A stretch of 64,000 bases of DNA from Eledone cirrhosa (lineage: Eukaryota): NCBI GenBank assembly GCA_964016885.1, contig OZ024747.1, positions 2,046,001 through 2,110,000 on the forward strand. Direction: 5' to 3'. Below the pieces are notes generated by a model, which was given only the letters and a program-made list of their open reading frames with translations, was not told the origin of the DNA and searched no databases. The translations under genes and the position numbers were made by a program. Shown piece after piece: positions 1-14,490 of the stretch. Position 1 is the first letter of the stretch, and each line of letters begins with the position of its first letter.

Positions 1-34
1 TTCTCCTAGAATTCTGCCTTGACAAAGGGGTCAT

Positions 35-1146
<1,112 letters not shown>

Positions 1147-1269
1147 ATGATTATGACAATGACATTGATGACTACAAATAAATAAAATGGAAGAATTACA
1201 ACAACAAAACAAAGGAATTACAACAAAACAAATAAAAACAAGAAAAATAACTGACTAGAGAAATATAAT

Positions 1270-1470
1270 AATGGTTTGTTATATAGGCACAAGGCCAGCA
1301 ATTTGGGGGGAGGGGAAAGTCAATTAAATCTACCCCAGTGTGTTACTGGTACTTTATTTTATCGAACCTGTAAGGATGAAAAAGGCAAAGCTAACTTCAG
1401 CAGGATTTGAACTCAGAAAGTAAAGGGACGTAACTCTATGCTGCAAAGTATGTCTGATGCTCTACTGATA
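1270..1470 (-). mobile_element. SINE family A
   Basis: Reverse complement of core (actggtactttattttatcga...aaggatgaaa..ggcaaag...ggatttgaactcag). Confidence 0.85.
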
Positions 1471-1501
1471 ATGTCAATCAACAATAATAATAACAATAAT
1501 A

Positions 1502-1715
1502 ATGATTTCATTTATTGGCCACAAGGACCGACATTTAGGGGACAATACAAAAGACAGGGACAGTGGGGGTTTACATTTACAATGTGTAAACAATATATAT
1601 AACAATAACAAAATAACAAAAATGCAACAAGGAAAATTCCTCAATAGTGGGGATAACCACCCAGGGTTGACTCAGGCACCCAACCAATCCTGAACCACTC
1701 GACGCCCTTATTAAC
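1502..1715 (-). mobile_element. LINE 3'UTR fragment, same family as 61408-61690
   Basis: Shares atgatttcatttattggccacaagg...gacagggacagtgggggtttacat...ccacccagggttgactca with the 61.4 kb copy. (AAT)n flank. Confidence 0.7.
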
Positions 1716-1860
1716 CACAAAGGGTCTATAAAAACAAAACATTGAAGAAAGTAGAGTACTGCACAAGATGATACAATGAGTGACTGGACTCAGAACATAA
1801 AGGGTCGTAACTAAATACCACAAAGAATTTTGTCAGACACTCTACCACTTTTGCCAATCC

Positions 1861-2308
1861 ACCATATAAGAAGGAGTTAGAATGGTGGAGTTGTAGACCA
1901 TATAAGGAGTTAGAATGGTGGAGTTGTACACCATATATGAAGGAGTTAGAATGGTGGAGTTGTAGACCATATAAGAAGGAGTTAGAATGGTGGAGTTGTA
2001 GACCATATAAGGAGTTAGAATGGTGGAGTTGTAGACCATATAAGGAGTTAGAATGGTGGAGTTGTACACCATATATGAAGGAGTTAGAATGGTGGAGTTG
2101 TAGACCATATAAGGAGTTAGAATGGTGGAGTTGTAGACCATATAAGGAGTTAGAATGGTGGAGTTGTAGACCATATAAGGAGTTAGAATGGTGGAGTTGT
2201 AGACCATATAAGAAGGAGTTAGAATGGTGGAGTTGTAGACCATATAAGAAGGAGTTAGAATGGTGGAGTTGTAGACCATATAAGAAGGAGTTAGAATGGT
2301 GGAGTTGT
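1861..2308. repeat. 33/36-bp minisatellite, 13 units
   Basis: ccatata(aga)aggagttagaatggtggagttgtaga. Confidence 0.95.
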
Positions 2309-2432
2309 CCAGTGGAAGCTCCTTCACAATACAAGATTCTGTTGGAGATTTACTGCTGTTTTCATAATCTAAATTTGGAAAAACTTTAGATAAGCAATAA
2401 ACCTTAGAGAATTATTGATGAAGTTGAATATA

Positions 2433-3630
2433 AGTGGTGGTGGTGATGGTGTGTGGTGTGGTGTGGGTGTGGTGGTGATGGTGTGGGTGTGGTGGTGATG
2501 GTGTGTGGTGTGAGGTGTGGTGGTGGTGATGGTGTGGTGTGGGGTGTGGTGGTGATGGTGTGTGGTGTGGGGTGTGGTGGTGGTGATGGTGTGTGGTGTG
2601 GGGTGAGGTGGTGGTGGTGGTGATAGTGGTGGTGGTGATGGTGTGGGGTGTTGTGGTGGTGGTGGTGGTGATGGTGTGGGGTGTGAGGTGGTGGTGGTGT
2701 GGTGGTGGTGATAGTGGTGGTGGTGATGGTGTGTGGTGTGGTGATGGTGGTGGTGGTGATAGTGGTGGTGGTGATGGTGTGGGGTGTGGTGGTGGTGTTG
2801 TGGTGGTGGTGATAGTGGTTATGGTGTGTAGTGTGGGGTGTGGTGGTGGTGTGGTGGTGGTGGTGGTGGTGATAGTGGTGGTGGTGATGGTGGTGGTGTG
2901 GGGTGTGGTGATGGTAGTGGTGGTCGTGGTGTGGGGTGTGCTGTGGTGGTGATGGTGGTGGTGGTGGTGGTGTGGGGTGTGCTGTGGTGGTGATGGTGGT
3001 GGTGGTCGTGGTGTGGGGTGTGCTGTGGTGGTGATGGTGGTGGTGGTGGTGGTGGAAGAAGAAGTAACAGAAAAGAAAGAAAACAAGCTGAGAAGAAAAA
3101 GACTGTAAAAGAAGTAATCCTTTGGTGGTATTGATCCCTTTTATATTGAGATGTAAATTCTCTATTGAACAACGATATATAAATCAGATCCCTCCACCCC
3201 ACCACCTCCTCACCGACACAACACCTCCATCCCACCCCCACTGACACCCCCAGCTCCTCACCTCCACACCACCAACACCCCGGTCTCCTCACCCCCACAC
3301 CACCAACACCCCAGTCTCCTCACCTCCACACCACCAACACCCCACTCCCACTGACACCCCCATCTCCTCACCTCCACACCACCAACACCCCACTGACACC
3401 CCTGTCCCTTCACCTCCACACCACTAACACCCCACTGATACCCCCATCTCCTCACCTCCACACCACCAACACCCCACGACACCCCCTCACCTCCACACCA
3501 CCAACACCCCACGACACCCCCTCACCTCCACACCACCAACACCCCCCTCACCTCCACACCACCAACACCCCCAACACCCCCTCACCTCCACACCACCAAC
3601 ACCCCCTCACCTCCACACCACCAACACCCT
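2433..3630. repeat. (GGT/GT)-rich tract (2433-3055) followed by CAC/CC-rich tandem repeat (3190-3630)
   Basis: ggtggtgatggtgtg.. then cctcacctccacaccaccaacacccc units. Confidence 0.9.
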
Positions 3631-3828
3631 TCCCATCATCACAACAGAAATGGAAGAATTACTTTTACTGAGCTTGTTTGATACATATTGATTGGAAATA
3701 AGGAAAAACAAAACTGGAAAGTAAAAAAAGAAGAATGAAAGAGAAAAAGAGATAAATAGATAGATAGACAGAGAGAGTTAAAAAAAAAGTTATACATAAC
3801 ATATGGCTGAAAATCTTTTTATATATGT

Positions 3829-3859
<31 letters not shown>

Positions 3860-3865
3860 CGTTTT

Positions 3866-3905
<40 letters not shown>

Positions 3906-4631
3906 CTAACTCTTACATTATATATATATAAATGAAAAATAGAGAAATTAATGTAAGCAATAAGCCGACAATAATTCAGACATATAAGTGACTATAACAT
4001 CAAGATGAAAAAAAAATATATATATATGTGTGCGTGTGTGTATAGATTTATCTAAATATCTATCTATCTATAGTTTGGCCATCTATATCTATATATCTAT
4101 CTATATATATATTATACTTTAATTCTTCCTCTTGGTTGTTAGTTACACAATTTTGGTTGTTGTTTCTTCCATCCTTGTTCTGATATGTGTCACAGTAATA
4201 TTTTTTGAATTTTGAAACAAATCCATTATTCAAACCAAAGATGTAGATTATTCTCATACAATTCCATTGTCTATGATAGCCTCATGTTAGTTATTTGTAA
4301 TGTCATTTGCTGGTTTTACTTAAACTAGAATATATGTAGACACACTAAGCCAGGGATTGAACTCATAACCAGCTGGTAGGCTAGTGTACTTATCTCTCTC
4401 AATATATATATATTGAGAGAGAGAGAGAGAGAGATACATGGCATCTATATGAATATAGAAAGAGAGGGAAAAGGTGAGATAGAGAGGAAAGAGAGAAAGT
4501 GAGTGACAAAACTAAAGAGGGTGAGAGACAGAAAAAAGAAAGAATAATAAAAAGAGTGATTGAGAGAGAGAGAGGAGAGAGAGGGGAGGGTGATTGTGTG
4601 TGTGTGAGAGAGAGAGAGAGAGAGGAGGGTG

Positions 4632-4672
<41 letters not shown>

Positions 4673-4676
4673 GGTG

Positions 4677-4720
<44 letters not shown>

Positions 4721-6317
4721 TGTGTAAAATGTAACAATTTTCAAATGAAGAAATTGTTGACAAATCTGAAGAATTTATTCTTAACAACATTAATTAGAAT
4801 TTCTGAGTAAATGTGATGGAAACAAAACTAAGAAAATCTTGCTTCACACTTCATTTTTTACAACCTTCATATATTTTTTCATCCAATTGTTTGCAGTATT
4901 TTAAAATAATAATAATAATAATAATAATTACATGAAAAATGAAATGAAATAAAAAAAAATTAAAAAATGCTTATAAAAATGTTAATTGTGACAAGAAAAT
5001 TAACAAATATTGTAATTAAAACAATCAACGAAAGGGACTACATAAAATTTAGTGAGAGGCTATATTTGGTCATTTAAACTGCAAAATCCATAGCTAAACC
5101 TCCTTCAAATCACATCCGACTATCGTAAAGAATACATTGAAGAATGTATCACTGGTATACAAAAGATAAAATTGTACTCATTGGAATAACTTTTATCATT
5201 TGGTTTTCTTAATCTGAGATAAAAGAAAAGGCAATGACAACATTATTGATAACAATAGTGTTAATAAGACAACAAAGTTGTCTCTATGTTGCTTCACCTG
5301 ATAGAAATAATAACAAAATTTCCTTCAAATATACATTATATAATGTTTGTTTTTGTTTTGTTTTTAATGGCAATGTTTATAATAACAACCAATAGTAGCT
5401 GTTGTAAGAGAAATGTGGCCTAGTGGTGTGGCCTAGTGGTAAGGATGTTGGATTTATCCTCATAATGTCATAGCTTCGATTCCTGGCCTGGTTTGTGTGC
5501 TGTGTTCTTGAGCAAAACATTTCATTTCATGTTGCTCCAGTATACACTGCTGAAAATGAGTACCAGTAATAGCTGGGGGTTTACCTCTGTGATGGGCTGG
5601 TGTCCAAATGAGGGGACATTACAAGTGGGAGTTTATGGAGAAATGATTATGAAAAAAATATAGAAAACACAGTAAATGAGATATCTGAAAAGGAGTATCC
5701 AAACATAGGATCAATCAACACACTATAGAGTACAAGGGTTGACATACCACTGTGTGCAACTAGTCTGGTTGAGAACTATGAGTGCCTGATAATATTCCAG
5801 GTGTCAGAGTTGGTATTTGCTTTACCCAGAACTGCAGCTTTGTCAAAGAGAATGCATTTCAAACAACTACACATTCTCACTATAAAGGAGTTTCTGCAGA
5901 TAGTGTACATACCCATGTGTCATCAAACATAGCATATGAAGCCTTACATGCAGAAGAGGGTGTTGGCAAGAGATGGAGTTTCAGACCAAGAATATGCACT
6001 CTGAGAAGCAAAACAGGCAAATTCCCAACATGTTCAGATGAAAATCATGGCAAGTTATGATGGTAGGCAGTGGTGGTGTTAGTGGCTCAATTGTGGTGTT
6101 AGAGGTAGGATGGAAATAGTCAACTGGTAAACCAGAAGATGGAATGAAGTAGGTATCTATAAGTTGTAAGTTGTGAAGATGGCATCACTGGATTAAAATA
6201 ATGAACTTTTTTTGTTCTATATATCAAGTCAATTCTCAAAAAAGTATGTATATTTGTACACATGCAAATACACATATATAGGCACACAAAAACACAAACA
6301 AACATACATACATATAT

Positions 6318-6482
6318 AGGTGCAGGTGTGGTTGTGTGATTAAGGAGTTAATTTGGCAACAAGGTTGTCTGTGGGCCACTCTTACTTTGTGGCAACTCGG
6401 TCGTGTAATACTCTAACTTTCGGTTGACCAATCTCTTGGGAATGAAATTTAGTAGATGGAATCCGCAAAAGCCTGTTGTATA
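6318..6482 (+). mobile_element. Diverged tRNA-derived SINE, family D
   Basis: ggtgcaggtgtggttgtgtgattaag head, ending in a microsatellite. Partial minus-strand head at 13648-13710. Confidence 0.5.
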
Positions 6483-6604
6483 TATACATATACATACGTG
6501 TGTGCGTGTGTGTGTGTGTGTATATATACACACATATATACACATATACACGCACACACACACATATATATATATACATATACACACACATATATATATA
6601 TATA

Positions 6605-6700
6605 CAGAATGTCCCCAAATATACATACTTTGATTACCCGTACAAGCAATATTTATTAGAATGCTGTTGAAGTGTGTGTACATTTTTGGGGGACACCCTG
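6605..6700. mobile_element. Tc1/mariner-type MITE, same family as 17745
   Basis: Shared core attagaatgct.ttgaagtgtgt.tacattttt..ggacacc. Lies in TA-rich flanks. Confidence 0.65.
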
Positions 6701-7159
6701 CATATATATACACACACCTATACATATGATTATATATATATACTGTATATATACTGTATATATATATATTTGTTCATAATGTAGTGAAAAGTGGTGTGAG
6801 TTAATCCAGAATATGTTTCCACCTTCCCATTGCTGTAAATAGAGACTTTTTCATACTTACAGGGATCACACATATTCACACTTTCCTCCAGCTCTCTCCA
6901 TCCCTCTCATTCACTTTCTCCCTCTCTCTCTATCTCTCCCTCATTCACTTTCTCCTTCTCTCTCTATCTCCCTCTCATTCACTTTCTCCCTCTCTCTCTC
7001 CCTCCCTCTCATTCACTTTCTCCCTCTCTCTCTATCTCTCCCTCATTCACTTTCTCCCTCTCTTTCTATCACCCTCTCATTCACTTTCTCCCTCTCTCTA
7101 TCATTCTATATCTATCTGTTTATCTTTCTTTACTTTTAACTTTTCTATTTTGTTTATAC

Positions 7160-8643
7160 TCATAACTCACAGATACATAGTCATAACTCACAGATACAGT
7201 CATAACTCACAGATACAGTCATAACTCAGATACATAGTCATAACTCACAGATACACAGTCATAACTCACAGATACACAGTCATAACTCACAGATACATAG
7301 TCATAACTCACAGATACAGTCATAACTCACAGATACAGTCATAACTCACAGATACAGTCATAACTCACAGATACACAGTCATAACTCACAGATACACAGT
7401 CATAACTCACAGATACACAGTCATAACTCACAGATACACAGTCATAACTCACAGATACACAGTCATAACTCACAGATACAGTCATAACTCACAGATACAT
7501 AGTCATAACTCACAGATACACAGTCATAACTCACAGATACACAGTCATAACTCACAGATACATAGTCATAACTCACAGATACAGTCATAACTCACAAATA
7601 CACAGTCATAACTCACAAATACACAGTCATAACTCACAAATACACAGTCATAACTCACAGATACATAGTCATAACTCACATATACAGTCATAACTCACAG
7701 ATACACAGTCATAACTCACAAATACACAGTCATAACTCACAGATACACAGTCATAACTCACAGATACATAGTCATAACTCACAGATACAGTCATAACTCA
7801 CAAATACACAGTCATAACTCACAAATACACAGTCATAACTCACAAATACACAGTCATAACTCACAGATACAGTCATAACTCACAGATACACAGTCATAAC
7901 TTACAGACACACAGTCATAACTTACAGACACACAGTCTTAACTCACAGATACACAGTCTTAACTCACAGATACAGTCATAACTCACAGATACAGTCATAA
8001 CTCAGAGATACACAGTCATAACTTACAGACACACAGTCTTAACTCACAGATACAGTCATAACTCACAGATACAGTCTTAACTCACAGATACACAGTCTTA
8101 ACTCACAGATACACAGTCTTAACTCACAGATACACAGTCATAACTCACAGATACAGTCATAACTCACAGATACAGTCATAACTCACAGATACAGTCATAA
8201 CTCACAGATATACAGTCATAACTCACAGATATACAGTCATAACTCACAAATACACAGTTATAACTCACAGATACAGTCATAACTCACAGATACACAGTCT
8301 TAACTCACAGATGCAGTCATAACTCACAGATATACAGTCATAACTCACAGATATACAGTCATAACTCACAGATACACAGTCATAACTCACAGATACACAG
8401 TCATAACTCACAGATACACAGTCATAACTCACAGATACACAGTCATAACTCAGATACACAGTCATAACTCACAGATACAGTCATAACTCACAGATACACA
8501 GTCATAACACACAGATACACAGTCTTAACTCACAGATACACAGTCATAACTCACAGATACACAGTCATAACTCACAGATACACAGTCATAACTCACAGAT
8601 ACAGTCATAACTCACAGATACACAGTCTTAACTCACAGACACA
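7160..8643. repeat. 19/21-bp minisatellite, ~1.5 kb
   Basis: agtcataactcacagatac(ac) units, about 70 copies. Preceded by a CT-rich ~35-bp repeat at 6878-7100. Confidence 0.97.
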
Positions 8644-8781
8644 TATATATACCCCAACATACAGACACATCATATCTTCCTCTCACCTGCTGTGGGTCTG
8701 TCTATCCTTCTATATCAGTTTTCTCATGTCCAGTCTCCTCTCTCTTGCTTACACACACACACACATATGCATACACACATG

Positions 8782-8823
<42 letters not shown>

Positions 8824-8989
8824 CTTACACATAAGCATGAACACACATGAATGCAAACAAGCACACGTACATAAACACACATACACATATGAATGCATAT
8901 GCACATGCACACATGTATACATACATACAAGTACACACACACACACGCACAAACATGTATACATACATACACATGCTCCTAACTTGCTC

Positions 8990-9050
8990 TCCCTATCCAC
9001 TCTTTCTTTCTCCCCTCACTCTGCTTCTCTCCCTATTTCTCATTCAGTTA
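8990..9050 (+). promoter_or_regulatory. Candidate core promoter (pyrimidine tract + Inr TCAGTT)
   Basis: TCAKTY-type initiator 157 nt upstream of a consensus donor. No TATA box seen. Confidence 0.35.
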
Positions 9051-9202
9051 TTCACACATCATAGAGTAAGCAGCAATAACAATGCTGCCACAGAATATAA
9101 GCAGCGACAGCTTCAGTAGCAGCAGCAGTAAGTCTACAACTTCATATCAGGATACCTACAACGTATAACATCACATTACAAAAGGATTCGCCAATTTTCA
9201 GG
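9046..9202 (+). other. Candidate non-coding first (5'UTR) exon of the protocadherin
   Basis: Initiator-like TCAGTT at 9044-9049 after a CT-rich tract, and a strong donor CAGG|GTAAGT at 9203. The large exon begins with an acceptor 36 nt before its ATG, so an upstream exon is expected. The pairing is inference. Confidence 0.5.
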
Positions 9203-9576
9203 GTAAGTATAGCTTTACGTACCTCAGTTTCACTTTTAAAAACACAACTTGCAGTAAGGCTTTCACTATATTACAACAAAAGGAATAAAAACACGATAGA
9301 TAAGAAGGGAAGGGAGTTTCTCATATATATAGAGAACTGAATGAATGTAAAGTTTTAATGTTGATATTTTAATTACAAATCTATTTACACACACCTATTT
9401 ACCTGTTAATTACAATACTTTTCATTTTTATACAACTTATTTATCTTACCTCTCTCTCTCTCTGTATACACACACACACACATGTATATATATCCATGTT
9501 CTGTAAGTTTCTTGCAAATATCTCTGCTTAGACAAAGTTCATGCATCACTTTCTTGTATGCATATACATCTCCAGT

Positions 9577-9780
9577 TATCATCATCATCATCATTTTACG
9601 TCCGCTTTTCCCTGTTTGCAAGGGTGGGACGGGAACTGATTCTGGCTTGATTTCTACAGCTGAGTAAACTGGAGCAATGTGAAATAAAGTGTCTTGCTCA
9701 AAGAAACAACACATCACCCGGTCTGAGAATTGAACTCACAACCTTTTGATTGCAAGCCAACCACTAAGCCATGTGCCTCC
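9577..9780 (-). mobile_element. SINE family B, internally deleted
   Basis: Reverse complement of the head and tail of the 33977 copy. Confidence 0.85.
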
Positions 9781-11080
9781 ATGTATATATATATATTTTT
9801 TTCTGTTTACCTTTTACATACATACATACATACATAAATATATATATATGTGTGTGTGTGTATATATATATGCATACACACAAACATATATATGTTTATA
9901 TAAATAAATCTGGCATGAGGAAAGGAATTGGTTTGAGGAAGGGTATCCAAACAGAGATCATGCAAAAGAATGGAACACAGATTTGGTTGACAGACCAATC
10001 TAGTCATAGTCCATCACAACTGATTCACTTCTTGAAAGCATGGAGGGTGGACATAAAATGATGATGATGATGGTAGTGATAAATGTTAGATCTACCTGTG
10101 GCGGGGAACATACCATGACAACATAACATAAGGGACTCACAGAATTAATAATTGTTTCAACTTTTGGCACAAGGCCAACAATTATCCCAGTGTATTACTG
10201 GTACTTTATTTTATCGGCCCCATAAGGATGAAAGGCAATTAATAATGATGTTGAACCTGTTGAAATATAAAGTAAAAAAAAAAAAAACTTTAATTCACTG
10301 TTTCAATAAAATCTGTATGTGTATGTATGTATATATATATATGTATGTATGTATATGTGTGTGTTTGTGTGTACATGTGTTTGTATGCATATATGTTTAT
10401 AAGCATGTATGCATTTACATATATATATATACATGCACACCTGCACTCACAAAAAATAACTATTTACATTCGTTCACTACACAAACACACGTACACACGC
10501 ACGCACACACAAACACACGTACACACACACAAACACACAAACACACACACAAATATATCTATATACATGTATGATCATATAACCATGTGCATGTATTATG
10601 TGCACAAATATATATATGTGTATATATATATATATGCATGTTTGTGTAAGAAAATCTATATGTATATTTATTTATATAAGTACATTATATATGATATAAA
10701 TTCCTACATCATCATCATCGTCTACATCAACATAGTTTCTCTATTGGATTTTTCACGTTGGAACTGGTCAGCTAAGATATTTTAAGACTGTATTCTACAG
10801 TTAGAGGCTCTTCGGCAACGTTGGATAAACTTCTTTTCAGGCCGTAAACACTTAAGAATATGCTGCCCCCCCCCCCCCATACCCTGGAATAGTAACCTTC
10901 TCCCCTTGATATCCTGGAGATGTTAACCCAGCCCCTCTCTTGTTTGCACCTTAAACACATACAAATATTATCATCATCATCATCAACGTAAGCATTTTAA
11001 ATTTACCTTCTTTTGTACAATACCTGGACAGTTTTCTAAATTCCTCTATCTCTTTATATGAGTGTGTGTGTATATGCATT

Positions 11081-11119
<39 letters not shown>

Positions 11120-11265
11120 ATATGTATATATAAATACATATGTATGCACACACACATATGTATGTGTATATATATATATAAATATATATAAATAAATATA
11201 CATATATATGCACAAATACATATACACACAAACACATATATATATATGCATATGTATCTATGTGC

Positions 11266-11328
<63 letters not shown>

Positions 11329-11539
11329 AATATACATATATATATATGCACATATATATATATACATACCTATATATGTGCATATATATATATATACATA
11401 TATATGCATGTATATATATTTATATATATATACACACATGTATATATATTTATATATATATACACACATGTATATATATATACACATTTATATATGTATA
11501 TATAAACACAAACATATATACATATATAAATGTATGTAT

Positions 11540-11628
<89 letters not shown>

Positions 11629-11755
11629 AATATATACATATATATACATATATATATATATATAAATATATATACATATATATATATATATATAAATATA
11701 TATACATATATATATATATATATAAATATATATACATATATATATATATATATAA

Positions 11756-11807
<52 letters not shown>

Positions 11808-12154
11808 TTATATATATATATATATATGTATATATATTTATATATATATATATATATATATAAATATATATATACATATATATATATAAAGCAATTTTTA
11901 TATATAACTTCCTCTTTCAGCTATAAACCATAAACCACAGATAATGCCTAGTGAAGCATTGTAAAAGTTTTAAATGTGTTCATCTGAAAATGCATAAAAC
12001 TCTTGGTAATCCCCAACACTGAGGCACCAATATATATATTTATAGCAATAACATTACCTATTCTAATTCCATCATATGATGGGATTACAGATAAATCCCC
12101 ATATATATATTTATATATATATATAAATATATATATAAATGTGTGTGTATGGAA

Positions 12155-12525
12155 ATATTTATAGTTATATATATACCTGTACATATATAATATTTATAGT
12201 TATATATATACCTGTACATATATAATATTTATAGTTATATATATACCTGTACATATATAATATTTATAGTTATATATATACCTGTACATATATAATATTT
12301 ATAGTTATGTATATACCTGTACATATATAATATTTATAGTTATATATATACCTGTACATATATAATATTTATAGTTATATATATACCTGTACATATATAA
12401 TATTTATAGTTATATATATACCTGTACATATATAATATTTATAGTTATATATATACCTGTACATATATAATATTTATAGTTATATATATACCTGTACATA
12501 TATAATATTTATAGTTATATATATA
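12155..12525. repeat. 35-bp AT-rich minisatellite, ~10 units
   Basis: atatttatagttatatatatacctgtacatatata. Confidence 0.95.
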
Positions 12526-12829
12526 TTTAATAATAACCTGACATTACAATAATTAAATTATATATATATAGATATATACACATACATTCACATATACATA
12601 CACACATACACAATGCATTGGTACATCTGAACTAATATATAAACATCATTATATGATGATGTATACACACATATATTTATACATAAACACACACACAAGA
12701 ATGTGCCAACACACATGCACAAAAAACTACATAAAAAATCCACAGACACATGCAGATACACAGACACACTTCCATCAATGATACACACGTATGCAATGAT
12801 ACACACATATGCAATAATACACACGTACG

Positions 12830-13070
12830 CAATGCACTCCACCTTGGCCCACCACCCCTCACTTGCAGCAGTACTACTTGTCTACCCTCCACAGCTTTCT
12901 TAAAAAGTTTTTTTCTACACTCTGCTCTTTTGATCTTCTCCCTCTCCAACTTTCTATTTGCTGAAGAAGGACTTATGTCTGATATGTAAAAACCTCCTTC
13001 TAAAGCATGAAACTAATAAGACTGTCTTTTCATATTTCTGCGTCTTCCTTATTTTTTATCTATCTATCTC
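12830..13070 (+). mobile_element. Probable Penelope-like 3' fragment with decayed hammerhead
   Basis: CTGAAGA-A-GGAC-TTAT-GTCT-GATA-TGTA at 12961-12988 (GAAA box mutated), embedded among microsatellites. Boundaries approximate. Confidence 0.4.
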
Positions 13071-13089
13071 GCTCTCTGTATATTCATAT

Positions 13090-13146
<57 letters not shown>

Positions 13147-13147
<1 letters not shown>

Positions 13148-13367
13148 CATCATTTTACGTCCGCTTTTCCCTGCATACAAGGGTGGGACGGGAACTGATT
13201 CTGGCTTGATTTCTACAGCTGGATGCCCTTCCTAACACCAACCTCATTTACAGTGAGTGTTGGGTGCCTTTTTGCTCAAGGAAACAACACATCACCCGGT
13301 CTGAGAATTGAACTCACAACCTTTCGATTGCAAGGCAAATGCTCTAACCACTAAGCCATGTGCCTCC
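13147..13367 (-). mobile_element. SINE family B, internally deleted
   Basis: Reverse complement of the head and tail of the 33977 copy. Confidence 0.85.
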
Positions 13368-13413
13368 ACATATATTCATATGTACACACACACACATATA
13401 TATATTCATATGT

Positions 13414-13448
<35 letters not shown>

Positions 13449-13598
13449 CATATATATATACATATATATATATACATATACACATATATATATGTGTGTA
13501 TGTATAGATATAAATCAGGATTTTATCAGTTTAAGCTAGTAAGACCATTGTTCAGCAGGTTACTCGATACTTAGGTTAGTAGAATGTGAATAACAGTC

Positions 13599-13634
<36 letters not shown>

Positions 13635-13901
13635 GTGTTTGTGTTTGTATTGAACCCAGAACCATGTGGTTGTGATGCAAACACCTTAACCTCATGGACC
13701 TGCCTGCATCTGAATGTGTGTGTGATATATGGGTATATCTATCTCTCTCTCTATATATATACACATATATATATATGTGTATGTATGCATTTGTATATTT
13801 ATATATATATACATATTTATCTATATCTACATGTGTGTGTGTAGATAGATATGTATGTTCACATAATAGGAAATATAACTTGCCCTGTCATTTAAAGACA
13901 G

Positions 13902-14037
13902 AAGCAATTCCTGAGGACACAAAATTTAAAGGGTTAATAATTTGTGTAGGTGGTTTAATATTAATAATAATAGTCCTAGTCGTTACAGGAATTGTGTATA
14001 AATATCGTGTGGAGCACATGTATATAAACACAGGCAG
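13902..14037 (+). other. Orphan exon-like segment encoding a single TM helix
   Basis: Acceptor options aaag (13897) or acag (13901) and donor CAG|gtatgt (14038). Open frame AIPEDTKFKGLIICVGGLILIIIVLVVTGIVYKYRVEHMYINTGR gives a hydrophobic helix followed by KYR. Confidence 0.4.
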
Positions 14038-14185
14038 GTATGTTGATATACGTAATATATGAACACACAACAGACACACCAAGTACATAAATATATATAC
14101 ACAAGTACTTATACATACATATACATACATGTATTTCAGAAAAGTCAATAAAGAAAAGCAATATAGTACATTTATATAAAGAAGA

Positions 14186-14490
14186 TGGCCCCCATCAATC
14201 ACTAATGGTTTTGCACCTAGAAAATTTCCCTCCAAGGCACAGGCCTGGGCAAGGTTTGTTTGTGGAAGACCAGCAGTAACCCATGCATACCAGACACCCC
14301 TATCTATGCTACCAATGTTGTCCAAGATAGGCAATGGCTAATACAGCTTGGTACCAGTGATGTTGCAACTTATTTCTACTAGAGTAATGTGAAATAAAGT
14401 GTCTTGCTTAAGGACACAACACATCACCTAGTCTGAGAATCAAAATCACAACCTTTTAATTGCAAGTCCAACACGTTAACCACTAAGCCC
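14186..14490 (-). mobile_element. SINE related to family B (same head, different body)
   Basis: gtgaaataaagtgtcttgct...caaaatcacaacc...aaccactaagcc head. Confidence 0.7.

Noticed and set aside
1726-2389. His-rich repeat ORF (GLQLHHSNSLY)n as a possible beak or structural protein
   Set aside because: Unit lengths of 33/36 keep several frames open. No signal peptide, it lacks GHGxY motifs, and the ORF runs into a SINE head at 1786-1864.
5782-6060. 92-aa non-repetitive ORF
   Set aside because: GTG start, no recognisable motif or splice frame. Cannot be assigned.
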